A stretch of DNA of 64,000 nt, from positions 2,572 to 66,571 of the forward strand of contig JANPHT010000712.1 in the NCBI GenBank assembly GCA_031424595.1, read 5' to 3'. The DNA is from Planctomycetota bacterium. GTDB lineage: Bacteria > Planctomycetota > Planctomycetia > Planctomycetales > Planctomycetaceae. Shown piece after piece: positions 38,615-46,717 of this stretch (position 1 is its first letter; the number at the start of each line of letters is the position of its first letter). The position numbers were made by a program, and so were the translations under genes. The notes under the pieces were generated by a model. It saw only the letters and a program-made list of their open reading frames with translations, did no database searches and was not told the origin of the DNA.

Positions 38615-38866
38615 ATCTTGCGAACTGGTAGTTTATCTCGAAGGATATGAAACGAAGTCCATCGGATTTCAGAGAGAGCTACCACCCAGCTTGACACTCA
38701 AATTTGAGGCCTGTACAAGGCCAGAGTGTCTATTGTAAGGCGAGGTTCGGCCCCCTTCACCTGCAGGAAACAATTGATCCTGGAAGTGCTGTCGGGGCGT
38801 TATGGTTTCGCTCGTTACAGCGTGCGGGGTCAAACAGAAGAGCCGATCAGCAAGTCTGAACCCGCC

Positions 38867-40159
38867 ATGATTTCACTCGCGCGAGGGCTGGACAGGCTGA
38901 TGGCTAAGAAACCAATTGCAAAGACTCCGCTAACAAAGGTGGCAAAGAAAACCCCCTCAAAACCTGCTCCTAAAGCTCGCCCGTCGCGCCCAACGGCTCC
39001 AGTTGCAACAAAGGCTGTGGCGAAAAAAACGCCTCCAACGACAGCTCCCGCTCGGCCAAAACCGGCACCCAGGACGCCCGAACCAGTCGTCTCAGTATCG
39101 CCAGAACTAGCAATGTCGCAGGTTGACGAACAACTGGTCGCATTATTAAATCGCCGAGCCTCGCTGTACCTCGAAAAAATGAAGGGGGTTCAGACTCCAT
39201 CGAAAATCATGTTCAGCGATCAGGATCAGCAGCAAGTGTGGGCTCTGATTGATCGTCTGAATCAGGGGCCTCTGACATCAGCAGAGCTAAAGACCATTTT
39301 TCGCCCGCTGATGAGCGCCGGTCGGCAGCGAATTAAAAGCCTTCGCGTCGCTTATCTTGGTCCAGCTTTCAGTTTCACGCACCAGGCAGCCATTTCTCGA
39401 TTTGGCGAAGCGGCTGACTTGGTTCCAGTCAGCACGATTGCGACCGTTTTTGAAGAAGTGAACCGTGGCCATGTGGATTTCGGACTTGTACCGATTGAAA
39501 ACAGCACAGATGGCCGAATTGTTGACACATTGGACATGTTTACTCGCCTTCCACTGCGAATTTGCGGTGAAGTGCAGGTTCACGTGCATCACAATTTGCT
39601 GGCTCGTTGTGATCGCAGCGAGATCTCTGAGATTTACAGTAAGCCGCAGGCACTTTCCCAATGCCGCGACTGGCTGGCCAAGAATATGCCGCATGCTCGT
39701 CTCATTGAAGTCACCAGCACATCAACCGCCGCACAACTGGCCCGCGATAAACCTAACGTGGCGGCAGTTGCCAGTCATCAGGCGGCAATGCAATATGACG
39801 TGCCGATCGTGGCGGAATGCATTGAAGACAATCGTAACAATGTCACTCGCTTTGCGGTCATTGGCGACAGCGTGGCTGATCCAACTGGAAGCGATCGCAC
39901 AGCAATTCTCTTGCAGATTCCTCATCGACCGGGTTCTTTGTCCGACGCTTTGGAGGCATTTCGCCGGAACAAAATCAACCTGACCTGGATTGAGTCGTTT
40001 CCACTTCGTCAACCGGCCGTTGGATATCTCTTCTTCCTGGACTTTGAAGGCCATGTTTCCGAGCCACGGATCAAGAAGGCCTTGAAGGAATTGGAAAGCC
40101 TGCCGCCAGATCGGCTCGAAATTCTGGGCTCGTATCCACGAAGCGAACCGCTGAAGTAA
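38867..40159 (+). CDS. pheA: Bifunctional chorismate mutase / prephenate dehydratase (P-protein) with a Lys/Pro/Ala-rich N-terminal extension; start uncertain (38726 GTG, 38867, 38900 or 39113)
   Basis: [21 protein letters not shown] (CM helix), [16 protein letters not shown] (PDT N-terminus), NVTRFAVIG, and an ACT region with WIESFP (ESRP-like). Confidence 0.88.
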   Translation: MISLARGLDRLMAKKPIAKTPLTKVAKKTPSKPAPKARPSRPTAPVATKAVAKKTPPTTAPARPKPAPRTPEPVVSVSPELAMSQVDEQLVALLNRRASLYLEKMKGVQTPSKIMFSDQDQQQVWALIDRLNQGPLTSAELKTIFRPLMSAGRQRIKSLRVAYLGPAFSFTHQAAISRFGEAADLVPVSTIATVFEEVNRGHVDFGLVPIENSTDGRIVDTLDMFTRLPLRICGEVQVHVHHNLLARCDRSEISEIYSKPQALSQCRDWLAKNMPHARLIEVTSTSTAAQLARDKPNVAAVASHQAAMQYDVPIVAECIEDNRNNVTRFAVIGDSVADPTGSDRTAILLQIPHRPGSLSDALEAFRRNKINLTWIESFPLRQPAVGYLFFLDFEGHVSEPRIKKALKELESLPPDRLEILGSYPRSEPLK

Positions 40160-40284
40160 GTGAACCGCAAGAAATCAGGGCTGTCAGGCGATTTGATCCC
40201 GTATCGCCCACGAGGCAACCACAGCCGGATGCAGCTTTTTGCTGATCCGGAGTTTAAAGCTCCTAACGAAGGTTTTTTTGAAAC

Positions 40285-41055
40285 ATGCGACGTTTTTTGA
40301 TCGCCGGTAATTGGAAAATGAACACGACGCGGCAGTCGGGAGTCACCCTGGCGGGTGAATTGGCCGCTGTGGTTCCGCAAACGGAAGCTGGAGTTGAGGT
40401 TTTGGTTTGTCCACCAGATCCCTACCTGCTGCCGGTTGGCGAGAAGTTGGCTGGAAGTGCCATTCATCTGGGGGCCCAGGACGTCTATTTCGAAGCCCCA
40501 GGTGCCTTCACAGGGGAAGTCGCGGTGGAGATGTTGCGTGACTGCGGCTGCCGATATGTGATCCTGGGACACAGCGAGCGTCGCCATGTGATGGGGGAAA
40601 CAGACGCCATTATCAACCGCAAAGTTCGTGCGGCGATTGCCGGCGGACTGTCAGCCGTACTCTGCGTCGGGGAATTGCTGAGCGAACGCCAATCAGGCCA
40701 AACTGAAGAAGTTCTGGACAAACAGATGGAAGGCGGCCTTTCCGGAGTTTCGGAATCCGATGCCGCTTCTCTCGTGATTGCCTACGAACCTGTCTGGGCA
40801 ATCGGAACAGGTGTGACGGCTACGCCGGAACAGGCTGAATCTGCTCATGAACATCTTCGCAAGTGGCTTGCTTGTCGCTATACTGCCGCATTTTCTGAGA
40901 AAGTTCGTATCCTTTACGGTGGCAGCGTAAAAGCTGACAACGCAGAAACTCTTCTGGGTCAACCCAACGTCGATGGTGCCCTGGTGGGCGGTGCGAGCTT
41001 GAAATCATCGACTTTCTTGCCAATTATTGAAGCCGCTCGCAAGCTGAGTTCCTAG
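40285..41055 (+). CDS. tpiA: Triosephosphate isomerase
   Basis: [33 protein letters not shown]. Confidence 0.97.
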   Translation: MRRFLIAGNWKMNTTRQSGVTLAGELAAVVPQTEAGVEVLVCPPDPYLLPVGEKLAGSAIHLGAQDVYFEAPGAFTGEVAVEMLRDCGCRYVILGHSERRHVMGETDAIINRKVRAAIAGGLSAVLCVGELLSERQSGQTEEVLDKQMEGGLSGVSESDAASLVIAYEPVWAIGTGVTATPEQAESAHEHLRKWLACRYTAAFSEKVRILYGGSVKADNAETLLGQPNVDGALVGGASLKSSTFLPIIEAARKLSS

Positions 41056-41099
41056 TTGTGTGGTGGTCTAGCTGATGCCCAGTGGCTTGTGTTTGCGTG

Positions 41100-41130
41100 A
41101 GACGGGCAAGGGTCCGTCTTTTCGCGTTTT
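41100..41130 (+). terminator. Weak terminator-like hairpin after tpiA
   Basis: AGACGG-gcaagggt-CCGTCT followed by TTTCGCGTTTT. Confidence 0.4.
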
Positions 41131-41151
41131 GAATCGTCAATGAAATATTGC

Positions 41152-41178
41152 CGGACAGGAGTGTCCGCCTTTTGCTTT
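41152..41178 (+). terminator. Second terminator-like or leader hairpin, just upstream of secG
   Basis: CGGACA-ggag-TGTCCG followed by CCTTTTGCTTT; it lies 20 nt before the secG ATG. Confidence 0.4.
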
Positions 41179-41198
41179 AGCGTGGAGCCTTCAGTCAG

Positions 41199-41870
41199 AT
41201 GTCATTCTTGATCGTTATTCTTTCGATCGTGCTGATCGTGGTGAGTTTATTCATGGTTTTGCTTGTGCTGATCCAGCGCGGCCGAGGAGGCGGACTTGCC
41301 GGGGCCTTCGGAGGCATGGGCGGACAAAGCGCGTTCGGAACAAGAGCAGGCGATACCTTCACACGAATCACAATCGTGCTGGCCGTGGTTTGGGTTCTTC
41401 TGGCTGGCGGGATGGGGATGCTGGTTCGGCGCGATGCGAGAGCTGCGGCTTCCGGGGAGAGCACCAGATTCCAGGAAACTGAAGCTGCGAAAGAGGCAGC
41501 CGCTAAGAAAGCCACGGACGAAGCTGAAGCCGCGAAAGGTAAATCCAAAGACGAAAAAGCTGATGACAAGTCAGCAAGCGACGCCAAGTCCGAAGAGAAA
41601 TCTGACTCTCCGGATTCTGCTGAAAAGAAAGAAGAGACGCCCGCTTCCGCAGTTCCGGAAGGAACAAAGGAAGAGGCAAAGACGGCTGAGCCTGCCGATG
41701 GCGATAAGCCTGCGGAGCCCACTCCTCCAGCAGCAAGTACACCTCCAGAAGACGCTGAACCTGCTGCAACTCCTGAGACACCGGCTGCCAAACCTGATGC
41801 TCCCGCTGCCACACCAGACGCACCAGCTGCTCCTGCTGCTGGAGAACCTGCTCCGCCCGCCAATCCCTAG
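41199..41870 (+). CDS. secG: Preprotein translocase subunit SecG with a C-terminal Ala/Pro/Glu/Lys-rich tail of about 148 residues
   Basis: [54 protein letters not shown] is the SecG core (two TM helices plus a Gly-rich loop). The tpiA-secG synteny is conserved. Confidence 0.85.
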   Translation: MSFLIVILSIVLIVVSLFMVLLVLIQRGRGGGLAGAFGGMGGQSAFGTRAGDTFTRITIVLAVVWVLLAGGMGMLVRRDARAAASGESTRFQETEAAKEAAAKKATDEAEAAKGKSKDEKADDKSASDAKSEEKSDSPDSAEKKEETPASAVPEGTKEEAKTAEPADGDKPAEPTPPAASTPPEDAEPAATPETPAAKPDAPAATPDAPAAPAAGEPAPPANP

Positions 41871-42025
41871 TCCGTTCGACTGATTTTAAAGTATGCACTT
41901 GCAGGAATCTCTGCGCGATTGTCTTCAGGAGGTCGCCACGTGGGAGTCTGCAGATCCTATCCGGAAACTGCCCTGGCACAGGCCTGGGACGTAAGATCCC
42001 ATTTTATTCGCAAGGTGGTTAAATC

Positions 42026-42907
42026 GTGCTGCTCAGCATGACAGGATTTGGAAACGCCGCGCTGCAAACAGAAGGTGTCCACGTAAGCTCAGAGATCAAG
42101 TCCGTGAACAATCGGTACTTGAAGCTGTCTGTGAGAATGCCGGACTCCGTGGCGCGCTTTGAAGCGGAGATAGAAAAACTCGTTCGCTCTCGCGTCACTC
42201 GAGGATCCGTACAGCTTTCGATTAGAGTTCGGTTCACCAGCGGACAGAGTGAGTATCGGATTGATCAGGACCTGCTGCGAAGTTTTCAGCGGCAACTTGC
42301 TGAGATTTCCGGCGATGCCGAAGGCAAGTCAGCAAACTTGGGCGACCTCTTGTCACTGCCAGGCGTCGTTTCGCAAACGGAGTTACCAGAAGAATTTGTG
42401 AACTCACTGTGGCCCGCTGTGGAAGCGTCTCTGAAAGAGTCCCTGGATCACTTCGATGATTTCAGACGTCGCGAGGGTGAATCCATGCGACAGGATCTGG
42501 AAAAACAGTGCGAGGTCATTGAAACCGAAGGTAAGCAGGTTGCAACTTTGACTCCACAAGTTGTTACAGACTACCGCGACAAGATTCTGGAACGGGTGCG
42601 TCGGCTTATTGGCGACGCTTCAATCAATATCAGCGAAAACGATGTCATTCGAGAAGTTGCCTTGTTTGCGGATCGCTGCGACATCAATGAAGAGATTACT
42701 CGTCTTCGAAGCCACACAGAGCAGTTGCGACGACTGCTGAATGGAGCAACGTCTCAGGGGCGAAAGTTGGAGTTCATTGGCCAGGAGATGTTTCGCGAGA
42801 TCAATACGATTGGCTCGAAAGCCAATCACGTAACAATCGCCTTAAGTGTTGTGGAAATGAAAGCGGCGATTGAACGGATGAGGGAAGTACTTCAGAACGT
42901 GGAATAA
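42026..42907 (+). CDS. yicC: YicC family stress-induced protein (YicC_N + DUF1732)
   Basis: N-terminal MLLSMTGFG; C-terminal [12 protein letters not shown]...[18 protein letters not shown]; conserved yicC-gmk-rpoZ neighbourhood. Confidence 0.9.
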   Translation: MLLSMTGFGNAALQTEGVHVSSEIKSVNNRYLKLSVRMPDSVARFEAEIEKLVRSRVTRGSVQLSIRVRFTSGQSEYRIDQDLLRSFQRQLAEISGDAEGKSANLGDLLSLPGVVSQTELPEEFVNSLWPAVEASLKESLDHFDDFRRREGESMRQDLEKQCEVIETEGKQVATLTPQVVTDYRDKILERVRRLIGDASINISENDVIREVALFADRCDINEEITRLRSHTEQLRRLLNGATSQGRKLEFIGQEMFREINTIGSKANHVTIALSVVEMKAAIERMREVLQNVE

Positions 42908-43040
42908 GCAAATAAACGGCAAATCTGCAGAGCGCTGCAACTTGCTGTTCATCGAAATAAGTTCAACATTGTTGGTTCGACAGGATGTCGATCCTTGGGT
43001 CACGGGGAAAAAGTTGAGGCCTGTTCCGGGACTGCCCTTC

Positions 43041-43631
43041 ATGGTTCAAGCTCAGCGCGAACGCATTGTGGTGTTGTCGGGGCCCAGCGGAAGTGGCAAA
43101 ACAACGCTGGTAAAGCGCTTGGTCGAGTGCGCCCCGGTGAATCTGGTAATGTCGGTCTCAGCAACCACCCGACCACCGCGCCCGGGGGAAACCCACGGAC
43201 AGGATTATTGGTTTCTGACTGATGCAGAATTTCGACAACGCCTGCAAAAAGACGAGTTTATTGAGCATGCCGAGGTGTTTTCCTCGGGGTTTCTTTACGG
43301 AACGCTGCGGTCAGAACTGGATCGGGCGTGGAATCTAAATGGCTGGGCATTCCTGGAAATCGATGTCCAGGGAGCCATGAAAGTTATGCAGCAGTACCCG
43401 AATGCTGTTACGATTTTCCTCAGCACGCCATCGCCGGGTGAATTTGAACGCCGGTTGAGGGCTCGCGGGACAGAATCGGAAGAAGTGATTCAGCGTCGGC
43501 TGGCCACCGCAGAGAAAGAGCTGCAACTGGCCAACCGTTACAAATATGTGGTTGTGAACGATCAGCTGGAAACCGCGGCCAGCGAGATCTGTGAGATCCT
43601 GAAGGCGGAGGAGAAGTCTCGAAATGCTTGA
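43041..43631 (+). CDS. gmk: Guanylate kinase; start moved from 42942 to ATG 43041
   Basis: [16 protein letters not shown]-loop, [22 protein letters not shown]. Confidence 0.95.
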   Translation: MVQAQRERIVVLSGPSGSGKTTLVKRLVECAPVNLVMSVSATTRPPRPGETHGQDYWFLTDAEFRQRLQKDEFIEHAEVFSSGFLYGTLRSELDRAWNLNGWAFLEIDVQGAMKVMQQYPNAVTIFLSTPSPGEFERRLRARGTESEEVIQRRLATAEKELQLANRYKYVVVNDQLETAASEICEILKAEEKSRNA

Positions 43632-43911
43632 TGAATTCCGTGAAGACGAGATCGCCCGTAAAGTTGGCGGTCGATTCAAAATGACCGCCCTGATCCAAAA
43701 GCGCATGGTTGCCCTCAACCGCGGGGCGCGGGCATTGGTCGACCTGCAGACCAAAGATCTGATGCAGATCGTTGTGGCTGAAATTATGACTGACAAAATC
43801 TATCTCGATGCGACCGGCAACATGAAAGCCGTCGAAGACGACTCCGCGCTCGTCGATAAACTCGATCGCCTGCTGGCCGCAGACGGTGGCCCAGGCATCG
43901 ATGATCTTTGA
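43624..43911 (+). CDS. rpoZ: DNA-directed RNA polymerase subunit omega
   Basis: 8-nt overlap with the gmk stop. [19 protein letters not shown] matches the RpoZ core (G-x-R-F/Y-x-L-x-x-x-x-x-K-R). 95 aa. Confidence 0.8.
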   Translation: MLDEFREDEIARKVGGRFKMTALIQKRMVALNRGARALVDLQTKDLMQIVVAEIMTDKIYLDATGNMKAVEDDSALVDKLDRLLAADGGPGIDDL

Positions 43912-43937
43912 TCGTATTGACTATTGTTGAAATCGAC

Positions 43938-43977
43938 GCCCTGAGCATCGCTTGCCGAATCTCAGGGCTGTTTTTTT
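43938..43977 (+). terminator. Intrinsic terminator after rpoZ
   Basis: GCCCTGAG-15 nt-CTCAGGGC followed by TG and T7. Confidence 0.75.
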
Positions 43978-44055
43978 GTCAGGCGATGGTTATAGATTCT
44001 GCGAGTCGGGCGATGATGAGCCCGTTCAACGTTTTGCTACGCTGGATTCACGCCC

Positions 44056-44640
44056 ATGACGGACCCTTTTCAACATCTCGAAATCCTGCTGGGTGTCTCC
44101 GGAGGAGTTGCAGCCTACAAGGCAGCCGACCTCTGTAGCCGATTGGTCCAGCGCGGGGCGAAGGTCAGCGTGATTATGACGGAGTCCGCGCATCAGTTTA
44201 TCGGGGCAAGGACTTTTGAAGCTCTCACCGGTCGTCCGGTTTACTCCCATGCGTTCGAAGCCAAAGAACACTTTCAGGGCGAACATATTGGACTCGCACG
44301 TCGCGCTGATCTGACGATCATTGCCCCTGCAACTGCTCAGACGATTGCCCGGCTGGCACAAGGAATGGCAGATGACCTGCTCAGTACCACTGTTCTTGTC
44401 ACAACCTCGCCTGTTCTGATTGCTCCTGCCATGAATTGTGACATGTGGGCCAAACCGGCTGTTCAGCGTAATGTGACTCAGCTGAAGGACGACGGATATC
44501 TCATCGTCGGTCCCGAAGAAGGATGGCTCAGCTGCGGTCAGGTTGGAGCCGGAAGAATGGCCGACCCTGGAATCATTTTGAAATCCATTGAGTCGTTGTT
44601 GTCTTCCAGGGACAGTGAGCCGAAAACGAAAAAAATCTGA
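44056..44640 (+). CDS. coaC: Phosphopantothenoylcysteine decarboxylase (CoaC flavoprotein half of Dfp), as a separate ORF
   Basis: [50 protein letters not shown]. Confidence 0.9.
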   Translation: MTDPFQHLEILLGVSGGVAAYKAADLCSRLVQRGAKVSVIMTESAHQFIGARTFEALTGRPVYSHAFEAKEHFQGEHIGLARRADLTIIAPATAQTIARLAQGMADDLLSTTVLVTTSPVLIAPAMNCDMWAKPAVQRNVTQLKDDGYLIVGPEEGWLSCGQVGAGRMADPGIILKSIESLLSSRDSEPKTKKI

Positions 44641-44642
44641 AT

Positions 44643-45266
44643 ATGAAGATCCTCATCACAGCTGGTCCGACGCGAGAATATATTGACGACGTTCGCTTTC
44701 TCTCCAACGCCAGCAGTGGTCGTATGGGGTATTCGCTGGCCGCTGCGGCTCTAGCCCATGGACATCTGGTTCAACTGGTCACGGGCCCCGTCGAGCAGCA
44801 GCCTCCGGCCGGGTGTGTCGTGCATCGCATCGAAACAACGGACCAGCTTCGTCAGCGATGCCTGGAACTTTTTCCGGAATGTGATGGTGTTATTGCCACA
44901 GCTGCCGTTTGCGACTATCGCCCCAAAGAGCGAATTACGGGAAAGATCACCAAGACCGGTCGTCCGATAACACTGGAATTGACAGAAACCTCTGATGTTC
45001 TTGCCGAGTTGGGCAGTCAAAAAGGCGGTCGCTGGGTTGTTGGATTTGCTCTGGAATCGCAGGATCCTCGCAACAACGCCATGCGAAAACTGCGAATGAA
45101 GAATTGTGACTGCATTGTCCTTAACGACACGTCGGCAATTGGCTCACTGACGAACACTGTCGAGGTCCTGTCGCCAAACGCTGAAACGATCGCGGTTTTC
45201 AAAGGTACAAAAGAAGAAGTGGCTGATCGACTGCTCGGGCTGATTGAATTGTCCATCGCAGGATAG
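44643..45266 (+). CDS. coaB: Phosphopantothenate-cysteine ligase (CoaB half of Dfp), as a separate ORF
   Basis: KILITAGPTREYIDDVRFLSNASSGRMG, AAVCDYRP, and FALES at the position of the usual FAAET. It starts 2 nt after the coaC stop, in the -1 frame. Confidence 0.9.
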   Translation: MKILITAGPTREYIDDVRFLSNASSGRMGYSLAAAALAHGHLVQLVTGPVEQQPPAGCVVHRIETTDQLRQRCLELFPECDGVIATAAVCDYRPKERITGKITKTGRPITLELTETSDVLAELGSQKGGRWVVGFALESQDPRNNAMRKLRMKNCDCIVLNDTSAIGSLTNTVEVLSPNAETIAVFKGTKEEVADRLLGLIELSIAG

Positions 45267-45443
45267 AACGTTGTCATGCGATGTGACGACTGCTTAAGTC
45301 CTTGGAAGCATTAGAGACCTGAGTTCGATGAACCGTTATCAAACGACATCGATGGCCGAGACCGGCGACAGGGTTCTTGAGAACCTGGCAGCGATTCTGA
45401 CGGCATAGCAGACCCAAATTGATTAGTCCTGGCTGTACTTTGG

Positions 45444-46598
45444 TTACTGTGCTGTCGACTTACTGCCACTCGGTGAGCCTACAATTGGAGTTCCTGCTGG
45501 AAGCGGACGAGCAGCGACGCGAAGTTGCAAACCATGAGCGACCTCACGCAAAGCTGCGAATCCTTTGAAGGAATCCGGGTAGATCCACATCGTTACCACC
45601 GTGTCGGGAACTGCGGTTTCGATTCCCTGGCGATACCGCGAACCTGGTCTAATGGCTTCGTCGAAAGTTTCATCGACCAATGATTCAACTGGTTCAATCG
45701 TCCAGCGAGACACATTGACTCGCGTTCTGCCATCGCCGGATTGCAGGGCTTCCAGGGTCGAGGGGCCTTCTTTTTCCACAGTGTAGGTCATTGTGTAACC
45801 ATTCACCGGGCCAACGGTCCCTTCGAACTGATTGAAACGCATCACGGTTGTGCTGCGACTCCTGACCTGAGCCTTCAGTCGCTCCAGAAGTTGGTCCAGA
45901 GGCACCTGGCTGATGCGCCCATTGCTGATCCGGAAGTGCAATTCGTCTTTCTCCACAGGCTTCGTGACGGGCGAAAGTCTGTGCTGCATCACGTCTCTGG
46001 GGACTGCAGCCTGCTTTGTTTCCTCAAGGACTTCCTTCAGCCGCTGTGTTTCAATCACGGTCGTGCGGAGCTCTTCATCCAAATCCTGTTCGGCGATTAT
46101 GGCTGTAGCAAGCACTTGTCCAACCTGGCGGGCTTTTTCACCCTTTTCGTCGATTGCTTTCTGAAGTGAAACCACGCGAGTTTCCAATGCCGCGCGATCG
46201 GACTCAAGGTCTGTGACCTGCTTTTGCATTCGACTCGACTTTTCCCGCTGTGCCGCCAACTGCTGCCGCTCAAGCTCCTGCTCTTCCATCGTTTTCTGGA
46301 TCTGCTGCTGAGCCCGTTCGCTATCTGACTGAAGTGACTTCAACTTTTGCGACAATTGTACTTCCGACTCCTGCAACTTCCCCAATGTCTGCTGCCTGCT
46401 GGCCATTTCTGAGGCCTGATGGACTCTTTGGGCCTGCGCCTCAGAAGTAACATCGCTAAATCCCACTTTGGGCTGTCGATCGACCTTCACTCCGACAACG
46501 ACAATGAGAATGATTAAAATGCCGACGATGTTGCAGACGACATCAAGAAACGAGTCGGAACCAAATTCAAGTTCGGGTCTTTGTGCACGTCGGCTCAT
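45444..46598 (-). CDS. Single-pass membrane protein: ExbD/TolR-like TM helix (Asp retained), coiled coil of about 150 residues, C-terminal globular domain (gene 3 of the MotA-like operon)
   Basis: SFLDVVCNIVGILIILIVVV resembles the ExbD TM (E. coli TPFIDVMLVLLIIFMV), with Asp19. Residues about 50-200 are heptad-like and Q/E/K/L/S-rich. The C-terminal ELHFRISNGRISQVP...VVTMWIYPDSFKGFAALREVAHGLQLRV is ExbD-domain-like. Confidence 0.7.
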   Translation of the reverse strand: MSRRAQRPELEFGSDSFLDVVCNIVGILIILIVVVGVKVDRQPKVGFSDVTSEAQAQRVHQASEMASRQQTLGKLQESEVQLSQKLKSLQSDSERAQQQIQKTMEEQELERQQLAAQREKSSRMQKQVTDLESDRAALETRVVSLQKAIDEKGEKARQVGQVLATAIIAEQDLDEELRTTVIETQRLKEVLEETKQAAVPRDVMQHRLSPVTKPVEKDELHFRISNGRISQVPLDQLLERLKAQVRSRSTTVMRFNQFEGTVGPVNGYTMTYTVEKEGPSTLEALQSGDGRTRVNVSRWTIEPVESLVDETFDEAIRPGSRYRQGIETAVPDTVVTMWIYPDSFKGFAALREVAHGLQLRVAARPLPAGTPIVGSPSGSKSTAQ

Positions 46599-46717
46599 GA
46601 TAGTTTCTGTGAGTTGGTCAGATCTCGATCAGTTGTTGTTCTGAGATACAAGGAGTTGCAATTCGTCCCAGGTGACCTCTCCGGCAGATACGATGACTCT
46701 GCGGAGAGAAGCCCTGG

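Noticed and set aside
38609-38621. Sigma-54 promoter (TGGCAC...TTGC)
   Set aside because: TGGCAC-atc-TTGC has 8 nt between the GG and GC dinucleotides instead of the required 10, so the spacing is incompatible with a -24/-12 promoter.
40221-40246. Hairpin CCGGATGCAGC-ttttt-GCTGATCCGG between pheA and tpiA, considered as a terminator
   Set aside because: The stem has a bulge and no downstream U-tract. It could be structural, but it does not meet the intrinsic-terminator pattern.
41195-41883. ORFs 41195-41863 (-) and 41296-41883 (+) overlapping secG
   Set aside because: The secG frame has the recognisable SecG core and conserved tpiA synteny. The other frames are open only because of the GC/A-rich repetitive DNA that encodes the tail.
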